Shown one piece after another: positions 38,054 to 53,650 of a stretch of DNA of 64,000 nucleotides. Location: the NCBI RefSeq assembly GCF_009914755.1, contig NC_060944.1; one strand, given 5' to 3'. The stretch comes from the human T2T-CHM13v2.0 reference genome, Homo sapiens. A program made the translations under genes and the position numbers. The notes under the pieces are model-generated. The model was not told the DNA's origin. It was given only the letters and a program-made list of their open reading frames with translations, and did not search any database. Each line of letters begins with the position of its first letter. Position 1 is the first letter of the stretch.

Positions 38054-41000
38054 CCTGCCCTGACTCAGTGTGCCATGGAGTTAGGATACCAGCACAAGAG
38101 GGGCTCAGGCAGTGGAACTGGAAGCTCCCTCCTACAAGCACTTAGCCTGGATCAGCAGTCTCCAAGGCAGGATGTGGGACCCCAGGGGAGTGCATGACAA
38201 TCTAGTGGTATATGGGAAGGATACACAGAGCGATCTCTACATTTATTTCACCTGCATGTAATAAAGAATGTTTTCTAATACTCAGTGTAAGGATTAACTC
38301 TGCTTGGCCAAGCATTGTAGTGCCAAAAGTCCATGAGCTACCCAGAGGGAAGAGTGGGAATTTCCCAGTGGAGAGGCAGGCGTGAGATCCTGTCTGCACA
38401 TTGTGCAGTTTATATGCACCAGGGTGCGTAGATTTCCTTATGGAGAAGAATCCTCACACCACTCTGCTGGCAACTCCCTGTGTAGCTGATGTACTCAGAC
38501 AAGTGATTTCGAGGTGGGTGGTTTTCTTTTACAAAAGGCAGGCACTTCTTTGGCTGAACTGTCCTCTGTGGGTGGACAAGAGCTAGTCATCAACATGCAA
38601 CCCAGCAGTGTTTCCAAAAATAATAAACATGCTCAAGCTGTCTTTTCAAGGGAGAGGTGATGTTGAACACTAGATGTTAAGGAAACTGCTTTTCAAAGAA
38701 ACTTACCCTACAGAGAGATAGAAAAATGATGCATGGAACTTTTCCCTCCTTATGTGATTTTGTTACCAAAAATAACATACGCATGTCATTTATTTTTAAA
38801 AACTTCATATCTCATACATTGAAAACACTTGCAAATGGAATTTTCTAACCTGTTTAAAAATCTTCCAAAGTGTTTTAGTGGATTTTGAAGCTATTTGCCT
38901 AAAAATTATAAAAATGCAAATACCTTGTAAGAAAAACTGAGATAAAAAAATAAGTTTTAGCCACATTTCAACACAAGCCTTTGCATGATTGGTGAATGGA
39001 GTTGAAAACATGAGTGCTGTGATTTAGGCAGCTCTGTGCACTCGCTGGATCCCTGGGAACCTGGTGTGTTGAGAGGGGTCCTCCCAAAGCAGCCCAAACT
39101 GAGAAGGTTGAATTGCTGCCTCAGAAATTATAAACCAAAGTTTATGAAATCGATGGAGCATGTCCGATAGTGTTAGTAATCCTTCTAATACCACTTTAGT
39201 TCAAAAATAAAAAAGATCGTGTCCATAATAAGAAAATATTTTAAATATTGTTTATTTCATCTTTGTTTTATTTTTATCTTTTTTATGTTAATGTATATTT
39301 TATTTTCCAGATAATATACTATGTCAGTGTCATAAAGATAGAATATGTGTGTGTCCATAGACATATATAATGCATTCATATATTGGGGATGAGTTTTTAG
39401 ATTTTTGGGGATCTCAGAGGCCCAGATGGTTCCACCGACTGGTGGCCCTGAGGAGCCACACTGCAATGCCAGACTCTCCGCCGTCCACAGCCCCCACCCA
39501 CCCAGCAGCCCAGTCATGCCCACCTCTGCCCTCCAGCTTCCATTCCACCTGGCATCTGGCCTGCCTCTTCTCACTTGCTCCTGCTCTGCCCAAACACATA
39601 TGGAGGATGCACTTTGACAAAAAGGACCAATGTGGAAACCACACCCAAGTTAGATCCTCAGACAACAGCCAGAGCAGACAAGTACCTGTCACTGAGTGAG
39701 AGGGAAAAAGGGATTTCCATGGTCAAATCAGGGAGTATTCTTGCTCTGGGTGTCTCTGGAGGAAGCTGCCTCCTGCTCCCTCTTCTCACCTCTGTCTCCC
39801 TCTCATCCTCCCCTGCCAGTGTAGACATCACAGGAGGATGCCTCCACACACCATTGGACAAGTGAGTTCACATCTGAGGTGCATATATTTTTCATGATAG
39901 TTTTAATTGTCCAGAAAATTAACAATGAAATGATGGAGTGGCAGAAAGAAAGCAAGAAAAAAACCCTGAAAATTTACAATCTAACTCAGAGAGAACAACA
40001 CTTTTAGACATCAGGGCAGTGAGAAAAGAATAAATACTTTGTTAATGAATAAAGTGAAGCAGAACAAACAGGAACGTGTACCTAATAGTGCTGGCCCCGG
40101 GCGGGCATGTGGTTCAGGGAGATGAATGAGTGAAGTGGTAAATAACTGATGGCGAAGAGGGGCCCTGGCTCCCTGTCCCTGCTGCCAGACAGCTCTGAGG
40201 CAGGATTGCCCAGCCCTGCTCATAAGAACCCCCTCCCATGTCAGATGTTCCTCCCCTCCCATCTCACTTCCCCACCTCCTCACACCTGCGTTTTGGGATC
40301 ACCTCGCAGGTGCGCCGCCCACCCCCAACACCGTGTCTTGAGTCTGCTTTCAGGGTGACCACATAAACACATGTCATCAAGTCCAATGGACACGACCTCC
40401 TGTCCAGTGGTACCACAAGGTGTGGTGTGTGCAGACTGCAAGTATTTCTTGTTCTTCCAAATACTAAGGCTGCGCTACGTGTGGTATCAGTCATTGTCAC
40501 TGTGTTTTCTGGACGGGCATGTCCCAGAGCTGGGGAGTGAGACTTCCACCAGCTGGATGCAAGGCACCATGGCACTGCGTATCCACCTGCGCTCCCTGCA
40601 TCCGAGCCACCTGCTCCAGCATGTGCTTAGGCGGAAGCACTCGTCTAGCCCCCACAGGAAGCAACTCCACCTTATATAGGAGACAGAATTTCCTGCTGCC
40701 TGGCCCCACTGCCTGCAAGCTCTTGGTGTGTTTTTAATTCCATATCTTTTGGTCTTGACAGGCGCGTTGCCTGTTACTAGTTCCCAGCTGCTGGGCAGAG
40801 CTGCCCTCCAGTCACTAGGGCTTCTGTTACTCCTCTGTCCCAGAAGGAGCCTGCTCTTCCAGCTCCCCAAAGAGAGGAGGGATCCAGGCTTGCTCTAAGA
40901 GTCCCACACCCAAGACATTGGCCAACTCATAGCCCGGGCCACCTGGCATTTGTTCAGTCACCTGCCAAACACTCTTCTCAGCTCCCCTTCAAAATCCCAC

Positions 41001-41562
41001 ACCTTTACCCTGCATGCAGAAATGGAGGTCTTGGGGGGCACTGCGATGCACCAGTCTTCTCCCTGCTCCACACAGTGCCTCCACCTCTGCCCTCCTGTCT
41101 CTCCTCTGCTCGCTCTGTGATGCTCAGTAGGGCTGTGAGTCAGCCCCAGGCCTGGCCGATTCCCACCCCAGCATTTCCTTCAAAAGCTCCCTGTTCCCTT
41201 TGCCCCACAGCCTTCCTGCAGGTTCCAAAGCCAAGGTCTCCACCTGGCCTCCCGTGCCAACTCCCAACCAGCCCCGGAGCCCACACTAAGGCCACAGGAG
41301 AGTGTCCCCATGTGACAAGATATTCCAGGATTCCAGGCCCGTTCCCACCCTGCCAGCTTGTCCTTTTAGCCTGTCTCTTCTCCTATTCTGCCCAATCCTG
41401 CTGGATGACCTGGTGTCACTAAATATGCCTTTGTTATGAAGAATTACCCAAAACATGGGGATGAGTCAAAAGATTACTATGTGACCCTCTGACAGCCACA
41501 CCAGAGCATTGGCTGCCAAGTAGGCCTGCCTGAGAGTGACCAGATTTCCTAGGGGAGGTAAT

Positions 41563-42030
41563 ATGGTGGTTTTTAAGAAATGTCCACACACTCTGATAAT
41601 CCTTCCCCAAAGGGTAGAACTTAGTTTCCCTCCCCTTGAGTGGGCTAGGCCTAGAGACTCACACCTAGAGAACAGAACACAAAGGAAGTGATGAGCTGCC
41701 ACTTCTGAGATTAGGTTATAAAAAGACTGTGGCTTTCATCTTGACTCCTCCCCCTTCCCCTCCCTCCCCATGTCCCTTTTCATCACTCCCTGGGGGAAGG
41801 AGCCACCAGGTTTTGTGACCAGCCGTACAGAGAGGCCCCCTTCACGCAGAGAAGATCTGGAGCCTCTGCCAAGAGCCACCTGAGTAAGCCTGGAAGCGGA
41901 TTGTGAAGCACCTTCTGAAGACTGCAGCCCAGGCTCACAGCCTGACCGAAACCTCATAGAGACCCTCAGAAACTGTGCAACACAAGAAATGTGTGCTGGT
42001 TTAGGCTGCTGAGTTTTAGGGTGACATCGC
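41563..42030 (+). mobile_element. MaLR solo LTR, MLT1F/E-like
   Basis: tttccctccccttgagtgggct..cacttctgagattaggttataaaaagactgtggcttt..gactgcagcccagg. Confidence 0.7.
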
Positions 42031-42817
42031 ACTAAAAAATTAAATTGTTTGTTGGTTAAGGACCAGACTCTATGAAGTTGGATGTTAACTTGTTGAATAT
42101 TGATACATTGCAACCCTTTCTGCTGGCAGAGTAAATAACCTGAAAGATAGTGGTTCCATTGTCCTACAGGACATTAATCAGTCGCGTATCTGACTTTATC
42201 ATTGGACTCTCTCATTCTGATATGCACTGTCAGTTTTTCCAGTCCTTTGAACCAGCTTTATCATTTTAGTTCTCTCACTAATGAACTAAGTAAATATTTG
42301 ATACCAAAATATTTGTGGGGGAATCATATGTTAGCTTTTGAGGCTTGCCCTTTGATACTGTGTCATTCTGTGCCTTTGCACCTCTGCCCTGCTTTACCTG
42401 TAGGTGGAAGCCCTTCCCTGTCCCAGCTACCTGCTGTAAAAAAGCTTTCTCTGTGCCCTCTCGGGAGAAGCTTTCCCTGGCCCTGGGAAGAAGACATCCC
42501 CGCCCTCTCCACGTCCCCGTGGCACTTTGCTCATGAGGCTATCAGAGAATGTCTCAGACCACGTGGATCATGTTGGGGCCCAACCCCAGCTGTGACTGCT
42601 GTCCAGGCCTTTGTGTAGGAAGTGAGGGCAGGCTGGGGCAGGGCTTTGCGGGGGACACATCTTCAGAAGAGGCTGGGGTGGTCCTGGCGACCCGTTCGAA
42701 TAAAGGAGTCCTTTTGCAAGGAGTTGTCATGCGTGTGCCAAGCCAAGGGCGAGAGACTAAGGCTCAGCTTGGGGGAAGGTGCGGATGGAAAACTTGGGCC
42801 TCTACTGTTCATCACAT

Positions 42818-42902
42818 AAAAAAGGAGAGAAAAATGCACCAAGGATAGAGGGACAGAGACAAAAAAGGAGAGAAAAATGCACCAAGGATCGAGGAACAGA
42901 GA
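42818..42902 (+). repeat. 43-bp tandem duplication
   Basis: aaaaaaggagagaaaaatgcaccaaggatMgaggRacagaga at 42818 and 42861. Confidence 0.9.
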
Positions 42903-43354
42903 GGCTGGCGTAAAGGGAGCCAGAGTGTGCGAGGAGAGGTGAGGGGTGAGGAGGGGAGGCCAGGCTCATCAGGAAGTGCTGTGAGGCTCCTTTAAGGACA
43001 AGCCCCTGCATCCGGCCCAACTTCATAAAGGACAAGCTCTGAGTGGGGCAATCATGAGTTTCATAAGGGCATGGAAAAAGTTTCATTTGTCTTTGAGTCT
43101 TCTTCCTCCATCCAGCACATAATACATAGATGCTTGTTAACCAAGAGATTCACCAGTAAATGAATGTCTCTTATATATTTTTTTAAAGCAGGTATCCTGA
43201 AAAACATTTTCCTCAAAATATCTGCTAAAGCATTACTTATTGGTGCCTCTAAGCACATACCCTTCTCATCTGTGTTAGCACCACCCTTTTCTCTTTCTTG
43301 TCTTAAGGCTTCCACAAGGCTATCAGTCAGTTTTTACTGCCTAACAAGCCACCA

Positions 43355-44105
<751 letters not shown>

Positions 44106-46728
44106 CTGTAGAGAGGGGTGAGGTCTGTTATTTGGCATTTTGTTCAAGGTTAAGCACCAAAACCATGCATCCCTCTCACAATTTGGGCATTTTTCAATCC
44201 GAGCTTGGCTGACTCATGCATAGGCAGCAGCTGTTGGGCCAGCTGAGGGCTGGCTGGTTGAGGATGGCCTCAGCTCAGACAGCTCATCTCTGCTTTTGTG
44301 GCCTCTCACCCTCCAGCAGGCTAGGAGGGGCTTGTTTACATGGAAGCTGGACATGGTTCCAAGAAACGAGGCAAAAGCACTCAAGGCATATTGAGGTGCA
44401 GTCTCAGAATTGACCCAGAACCCCTTCTACCTCATTCCACTGGCTGAAACAAGTCATGAGGTCAGCTCAGGTTCTAGTGGGGAGTAAGTCAGTGGAGCTG
44501 CCAAGTCATATTGCAAAGGTCAAGATATAGAGAGTGGTGAAAGATTGCAGCCAGTTCTGCCATATGCTATGGTAAACACCTAGCTGCTGCAAAATCTTTC
44601 ATTCCTTGCATATTATCAAGTACCTGCCAGGGCACAGCTTACAAACAAGAAAACAGCTCCAGGAACCCAAACTACCAAAGACTCTAAGAAGCAGCCCCTT
44701 GTCCTGTCTGTAAGAACTCTGCTCCTGACCATCACACACTGGGTTCATTTTCAACCTACTGCTCTGTACACAGCAAGGACCTCTGTGTGCTGCTCCCTAT
44801 TCCTCTCTTCCTAAATAAACCTACCCCTCCATCAAGGTCAAAGCTATTCCAACAACTTGAAGCCTTGCCACTATTTCCCACAAGGGCGTCAGTCTCCCTC
44901 CCCATTCTACAGCCCACAGCTTCCATGTTAGCTTCCATGCAAACCCAAGGCTTCATTTGCCCGGCCCTGGGCCAGCACAGCACTGCTGAATCTGTGCGCT
45001 CCGTCTCCAACAGCGACACCGTGTGGCAGGAAGAAGGAATGGTAGTAATGGAGTAGGTGCAGGTTTTTCCCCACTTAGGTGTGAAGACTGACCCTCTTCT
45101 GTTTATAAGCCCTATGGTGGCTCAAGGAAGGGATGTTGTCCTTCCTGCCTTTAAGGCATTAAGACGCATAAGGACAATAAAATTTTAGTGGCTGAAAAAT
45201 AAACAGCAGGATTGCGTTTACGCTCCACTTGGAGCAGGCCATCCTGGTTATACACACACCTTATAGTTGCTTTCTCCAAAACACATCTGGTTTTGGTTAA
45301 CTTTTTACTTCAATATAATTTTAAGCTTAAAAAAATTGCAAAAAATAGTACAAGGATCTCTGTTTTGCCATTTTCCCAGATTCACCAATTAATTACCTAT
45401 TTCTCCATTTGCAATGAAAGCAAGAGAGAAAAAGACAGACTTTTCCTTGGCTATTTGAGAGTTAAGTTGGAGAAATATTCCCTAATTTACTGATGATTAC
45501 TTCAGTATGATTTCTAAAAATACAGACAATTTCTTATACACATACCTATAGTATTATTACCAAAATCAGAACATTTTACATTGATGCAATACTGTTATCT
45601 AATCCACAGTATCCATTTAAATTTTATCAGTTGTCCCTACAGTGTACTTTATAGTAATATTTTTTCAGTCCGCATACCTTTTTAAATCCTTAACGACTAC
45701 ATGCATACATTCAGTTGACAGAATATTGTGAGAAACTGATGAACAAGTTTAATCTTTCTACACTTTTTACCTAGCAGTGCAGGTAAGCCTAGACTCGATT
45801 GAGTAATACATAGTCCATTGAAAGAGGTATGGCCTTCCAGTGACAGTGTCAATTAATTGACCTGCAATAAGTCCAGGAGAGAAAGGTGGAACTGTCCTTT
45901 TAGGGCCAAACATTTCTGCAAGCCTGAAGTCCCTTCCTGAGTGTCTCCTAGGCAAAAGAGCAGGATTCCAGGTAAACTTCCAAAAGACACTGTTTCAGAA
46001 AAACACATCTGGCCATGTCAACTACAGAGTACAGAGAGACACAAGGACATGCCAGACCAAGAACATCGGCCTTATATGCCATAGCTGAGCTTTGTTTTGA
46101 TGCAAAAATAAGTTTCTGGCACTTTTATGCCACTGTCAGGAGGAAGCTGACAGAGGTAGAAGTGAGGGAGGTGGCTAGGCTGCATTTCCAGGATGCCTGG
46201 GGTTGGGACAGCGTGTTTCCCTCTCGGGTCTAGGAAAAAACATGTTTTCTCCAGATTTGCCACCTACAGAAAATCTTATTATTTGCCTTATGAATATGAA
46301 GTCATTGTTCAAAGAGTTAAAAATAAAATAAGTGGGGAAGGCTATATTTGGCTAGGAATGGTGCTAATACCGGGTTATATAACCTCTCCCATGACACTCC
46401 ATGCATGGAGCATCTCCACCAAGGGTTATGTGTGGAAAGTGCACAGAATGAATTTTACAGATTCCATGGAAAACACTGTCAGGCCCCAGTGTCCTTGTTG
46501 TCAAGACAACATCTTATTTTCATCTTTCTTCTTGCAAGTTCTCTAGCAAAGACATTATAATTAAAATCCCAACATAAGAAGCAACCGTATGTAAAATTCA
46601 GAGCACAGACTGTGACAAGCAGGGAATTGAGTGTGGAGTCCTGTGGTCAAACTTTAATAGACTTAGGACAAAATTGTATTGTCTGTGGGCCTAAGCTTCA
46701 GGGAGCTTTGGAGCTGCACTGAATCACT

Positions 46729-49378
46729 TTCTAGGGTTTTTATGGTTTGGGGTTTTACATTTAAGTCTTTAATCCATCTTGAGTTAATTTCTGCATAAGC
46801 TGCAAGGAAGGGCTCCAGTTTCAGTTTTCTGCATATGGCCAGCAAGTTTTCCCAGCAGCATTTGTTGAATAGGAGATCCTTTCTCCATTGCTTGATTTTG
46901 TCTGGTTTGTCAAAGACCAGATGGTTGTAGATGCATGGTGTTATTTCTGAGGTCTCTGTTCTATTGGTCTATATGTCTGTTTTGGTACCAGTACCATGCT
47001 GTTTTGGTTACTGTAGCCTTGTAGTGTAGTTTGAAGTCAGGTAGCGTGATGCCTCCAGCTTTGTTCTTTTTGCTTAGGATTGTCTTGGCTATACAGGGTC
47101 TTCTTTGATTTCATATGAAATGGAAAGTAGTTTTTTCTAATTATGTGAAGAATGTCAATGGTAGTTTGAGGGGAATAGCACTGAATCTATAAATTACTTT
47201 GGGCAGTGTGGCCATTTTCACAATATTGATTCTTCCTACCCAAAAGGATGGAATGTTTTTCCATTTGTTTGTGTCCTCTCTTATTTCCTTGAGCAGTGGT
47301 TTGTAGTTCTCCTTGAAGAGGTCCTTCACATTTCTTGTTAGCTGTATTCCTCGGTATTTTATTCCCTTTGTAGCAGTTGTGAATGGGAGTTCATTTATGA
47401 CTTGGCTCGGAATGTTTGTGATTTTTGCACATTGATTTTGTATCCTGAGACTTTGCTGAAGTTGCTCATCAGCTTAAGGAGTTTTGGGGCTGAGATGATG
47501 GGATTTTCTAAATATAGAATCATGTTGTCTGCAAACAGAGACAATTTGACTTCCTCTCTTCCTATCTGAATACCCGTTATTTCTTTCTCTCGCCTGATTG
47601 CCCTGGCCAGAACTTCCAATACTATGTTGAATAAAAGTGGTGAAACAGGGCATCTTTGTCTTGTATAGGCTTTCAAAGGGAATGCTTCCAGCTTTTCCCT
47701 ATTCAATATGATATTGGCTGTGGGTTGATTATTTTGAGATATGTTCTACCAATACTTAGTTTATTGAGAGTTTTTAACATGAAGGGATGTTGAATTTTAT
47801 CAAAGGCTGAGCTTTTTCTGCATCTATTGAGATAATCATGTGGTTTTTGTCGTTGGTTCTGTTTATGTGATGGATTACATTTATTGATTTGCATATGTTG
47901 AACTAGCCTTGCATCCCAGGGATGAAGCCAACTTGATTGTGGTGGATAAGATTTTTGATGTGCTGCCATATTTTGTTTGCCAGTATTTTATTGAGAATTT
48001 CCACATCAATGTTCATCAGGGATATTGGCCTGAAGTTTTCTTTTTTTGTCGTGTCTCTTTCCAGTTTTGGTATCAGGACAATACTGGCTTCATAAAATGA
48101 GTTAGGGAGGAGTCCTTCCTTTTCAATTGTTTGGAATAGTTTTAGAAGGAATGGTACCAGTTCCTCACCTATTTCTGATATAATTTAGCTGTGAATCTGT
48201 CTGGTCCTGGGTTGGTAGGCTACCAATTACTGCCTCAATTTCAGAGCTCGTTACTGGTCTTTTCAGGGATTCGACTTCTTCCTGGTTTAGTCTTGGTAGG
48301 GTGTATGTGTCCAGGAATGTATCCATTTCTTCTAGATTTTCCAGTTTATTTGCATAGATGTGTTTATGGTAGTCTCTGATGGTAGTTTGTATTTCTGTGG
48401 GGTTAGTGGTGATATTCCCTTTATCATTTTTCATTGTGTCTATTTGATTCTTCTCTCTCTTCTTATTAGCCTAGCTAGCGGTCTATATTGTTAATTTTTT
48501 CAAAAGAATAGCTCCTGGATTCATTGATTTTTGGAGGGTTTTTCCTGTCTCTATCTCCTTCTTCTCTGAGCTAAATTAGCTCAGAGAATTTTGGATTAGT
48601 TTCCTCTTGCCTCTCTACCTCTTTTAATTGTGATGTTAGGATGCTGATTTGAGATCTTTCTAGCTTTCTGATGTGGGCATTTAGTGCTATAAATTTCCCT
48701 CTTCACACTGCTTTAGCTGTGTCCCAGAGATTCTGGTACATTGTCTCTTTGTTTTCATTGCTTTCAAAGAACTCCTTGATTTCTGCCTTAATTTCATTAT
48801 TTGCCCAGAAGTCATTCAGGAGCAGGTTGTTCAATTTCCATGAAATTGTGTAGTTTTGAGTGACTTTCTTAATCCTGAGTTCTAATTTGATTGCACTGTG
48901 ATCTGAGAGATTGTTATGATTTCAGTTCTTTTTCACTTGTTGAGGAGTGTTTTATTTCCAATTATGTGATCCAATTTTAGAATAAGTACCATGTGGCACT
49001 GAGAAGAATGTGTGTTCTGTTGATTTGGGGTGAAGAGTTCTGTAGATGTCTATTAGGTCCACTTGATCCAGAGTGCTGAGTTTAAGTCCTGAATATCCTT
49101 GTTAATTTTCTGTCTCATTGATCTGTCTAATATTGACAGTGGGGTGTTAAAGTCTCCCACTATTATTGTGTGGGAGTCTAAGTTTCTTTGTACGTCTCTA
49201 AGAACTTGTTTTATGAATCTGGGTGCTCCTGTATTGGGTGCAGATATAGTTAGAATAGTTAGCTCTTGTTTAATTGTTCCCTTTACCATTATGTAATGCC
49301 CTTCTTTGTCTTTTTTTATTTTTGTTGGTTTAAAGTCTGTTTTGACAGAGACTAGGATTGCAACCCTGCTTTTTTTTC
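46729..49378 (-). mobile_element. Internal LINE-1 (L1PA/L1P) ORF2 fragment lacking 3' UTR and poly(A)
   Basis: Minus-strand ORF2 remnants (IIVGDFNTPLSILDRS; [15 protein letters not shown]; [15 protein letters not shown]) with several internal deletions. Confidence 0.92.
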
Positions 49379-49379
49379 A

Positions 49380-49952
<573 letters not shown>

Positions 49953-50558
49953 AAATGTTCAATTCTTAAGAAAGAAAAATCTAACAAATCCTACACTAAC
50001 AAGTGTTGAAAGTGTGCTAGGAAATTGTGAATTCGTATACACTGCTGATGAGACATCTTTGAAGAGCTAGCTGGTAATATCAGATAATATTAAAAATTGA
50101 GCTTGTCCCATGACTCAGCAAACTTTATTGTAGAAAATCTAGGTATCAATCTCTGAAATGCATGCACAATAGGAAATATACATGGTGTGGTTTTTTTTAA
50201 AGCACCATTTGCAACAAGTAAAAACTGAAATGACCTAAATATCCACCAATAGCAAAATAGATAAAGTATGACATATTCATATACTGGAATGCTACACATT
50301 GATTAAAATAAACATGCTATTCATGCATTGTCAACAAGAATAAATCTTAAAAAACAATTGGTGTTTGGGGAAAGGGGAATAGAGAGTTGTTGTTTGATGG
50401 GTGTAGAGTTTCAGTTTGGAAAGAAAGAAGGTTCTGGAAGTGGATGGTGGTGATAGTTCGAACGTACTTAATGCCACTGAACTGTACAGTTTAAAATGTC
50501 TAAAATGGACCCATGTTGTTCAAGGATCAACTGTACTTCAATCAATCAATAGAAGTGA

Positions 50559-50939
<381 letters not shown>

Positions 50940-51786
50940 TGAAGTACAAATTATTGAAGGGTTTACAGCACTTGCTCACTCATGTACGTGAGGTCCCTGC
51001 ACTGGTTCTTTCCATCAACCAGATGGATCCACTGGTGGGAGGAAGTGGATGATAGAAGTGGGGTCCATGAGGCACTGCTCAGAGGACTGGCAGGACAGTA
51101 GGCTGACAGGACATCTAAGGGAAGCAGAAGGTCTGAGGGAGGAAGAGGAGAGGCAGAGCCCAGGCAACCTGGGCCCCCTGCCTGGCCAGTTCTGGGATGC
51201 TGCCCTCAGCAGAGCTGGGGGAGAACTGTCACACTTTCACTGCTCTTGCCACCCGGCTCATATCACCAGGCACCATGCCACTGCAGGGACACTCCTCAAT
51301 TCACCAACCAGCAAAGGACCCCTGGAATTTTTCTTGACTCTGAGGCTTTAGTGAAAGTAGTGAGGAAAACATCTAAAAATAAAATCGTGATGAATTCAAG
51401 ATGTATGTGGCATTATGCTTGTCAGAAAAAGCTCAATGACTTAAGTTTTGTCCCCATCATTCCTTAGGAGCCACCGGGTAAACATTTGCACCTGGCTGGA
51501 GAGGGCAGAGAGGAGCCTTGGTTCCCATCAGGCCACCAGCCCTAGGATTTGCCAGCATCATTCTGTGGTGCCTACTCACACACACACGTGCTCTCTCCCC
51601 AGCCTCTCCTCTTCAGCACCCTCCCTCCCCAGTGTCCATACATTTTCCTACATCTGGTTGTGGACGGAAATGTCTGAGGAATCACAGAAGGGCCCTGATA
51701 GTGAAATAGACACAGGGGCCAGCCTGCACCCTTCTTGACCCTTGGGCTTGACCTAATATCTTTGCAGGGTAGTTCACAGTCTGAAC

Positions 51787-52097
51787 CAGGTGAGCAAACT
51801 TCTTGTGTGAAGAGCAGACAGCAAACATTTCAGGCTGTGGGGGCCACCCAGTCTCTGCTGCAACTGGTTAACTTGCTGCTGTAGCTTCAAAGTAGCCATA
51901 GGCAATATATAAACAAATTGTGTCACTGTGTTCCAGTAAAACTTTATTATACACACTGAACTTTGAATTTCATATAATTTTGGGGTGTTTTGCAATATTA
52001 GTCTTCCCAGCCGCCTAAAAATGTAAAATCCATGGGTCATGCAAAAACAGGTGGCTAGCCAGATTTGTCCCAAGGATCATAATTTGCCAAGCCATGA
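51787..52097. mobile_element. MER58B-type hAT-Charlie DNA transposon
   Basis: gcaaactt..caggctgtgg..tgtgttccagtaaaactttatt..ccagatttgtccc..tttgcc. Confidence 0.75.
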
Positions 52098-52507
52098 CCT
52101 AAATACCCAAAGAATTATTGGAGCCAAAACCACAGATGCCACCCAAGAACCATGTGCTCAGGTAAAAAAAGCTCTGTGAAGAAGGGGTAAAAAGAGCAGA
52201 GAGAAATGTTGACTTTTCTCTTAAAAACCATCTACTCCTCCCTGCTCAGGCTAATTAGCTCACTCTCCACCAGCTGCAGCAACTGAAGCTGAAACAGCCA
52301 AATTCCCGCAGCAGCAACAGCTAATGACGCTTCCCAGCACCTCATTTGATCATTCCTGCAACCGATTAGGTAGATACAGGGAAGGAAACTGGAGAGCAGA
52401 CAGGATGAGGACCGTGCCCAAGACCTCAGATAGCACATGGCAGAATCAGCATTTGGACACAATTGGACTAGTCCCTGCTGTCCCCACTGTGACACCTTTG
52501 TGAAAAT

Positions 52508-53650
52508 TGTGAACAAATGCAAAACTGGAGTGTGATATTCCCCTTCCTGTGTCCATGTGATCTCATTGTTCAATTCCCACCTATGAGTGAGAATATGCGG
52601 TGTTTGGTTTTTTGTTCTTGCGATAGTTTACTGAGAATGATGATTTCCAATTTCATCCATGTCCCTACAAATGACATGAACTCATCATTTTTTATGGCTG
52701 CATAGTATTCCATGGTGTATATGTGCCACATTTTCTTAATCCAGTCTATCATTGTTGGACATTTGGGTTAGTTCCAAGTCTTTGCTATTGTGAATAATGC
52801 CGCAATAAACATACTGTGCATGTGTCTTTATAGCAGCATGATTTATAGTCATTTGGGTATATGCCCAGTAATGGGATGGCTGGGTCAAATGGTATTTCTA
52901 GTTCTAGATCCCTGAGGAATCGCCACACTGACTTCCACAATGGTTGAACTAGTTTACAGTCCCACCAACAGTGTAAAAGTGTTCCTATTTCTCCACATGG
53001 GGACTGTGGTGGGGTTGGGGGAGGGGGGAGGGATAGCATTGGGAGATATACCTAATGCTAGATGACGAGTTAGTGGGTGCAGCGCACCAGCATGGCACAT
53101 GTATACATATGTAACTAACCTGCACAATGTGCACATGTACCCTAAAACTTAAAGTATAATAAAAAAAAATGCAAAACTGGAAGAGCCAATCCTTTAAGAT
53201 GAGTCCCATGTGGGTAACTGGCCCTATATTTAAAATATAGCTGAGTGGCTATTTGCTGATTAGAGGTCACACAGGTAACTCACACAAGCACTCTGAAAAC
53301 CAGCACCTTTTTAGCTTTGGGACTCTCAGAGCTTACCTGAACCAACCAATCAGAGCTCACCTACCTTTGCAATCAAAGTTTGGCTGACCAATCACGGCTC
53401 ACCTGTATCCAATCAGAACTCAGCTGCATTGACCAATCAGAACTAAGCAAGTTTGACTCCTTTATGTGCATCAACCGACCCGATTGGGATCTTGTGTGGG
53501 ACCTTTGCTACAAAACCCAAACCCTCTCTTTAGCCCCGGGAAGATAACTTTCTTTTACACCAAAGGCTGTGTCTCCCCAGTTTGCAAACTGTTCACTGGG
53601 ATGAAGTCTCTTTCCTCCCAATTTTGTTTTTCAGGGAACTTTTGCTCACA
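52508..53650 (+). mobile_element. ERV1 solo LTR with a CCAAT cluster, interrupted by L1PA2
   Basis: Terminal inverted repeat tgtgaacaaa / tttgctcaca, 4-bp flanks aaat/aaac, and repeated ccaatca at about 53347-53440. Confidence 0.7.
52530..53169. mobile_element. Young 5'-truncated, 5'-inverted L1 (L1PA2-type)
   Basis: Antisense L1 52530-52998, then sense 3' UTR 52998-53169 with poly(A). TSD aaatgcaaaactgga 52515-52529 / 53167-53181. Has gatgacGAGttag and cttaAagtat, the non-Ta states. Confidence 0.93.

Noticed and set aside
45848-45861. Perfect 14-bp palindrome gtcaattaattgac
   Set aside because: AT-rich and short enough that a few are expected by chance in 64 kb. No other support.
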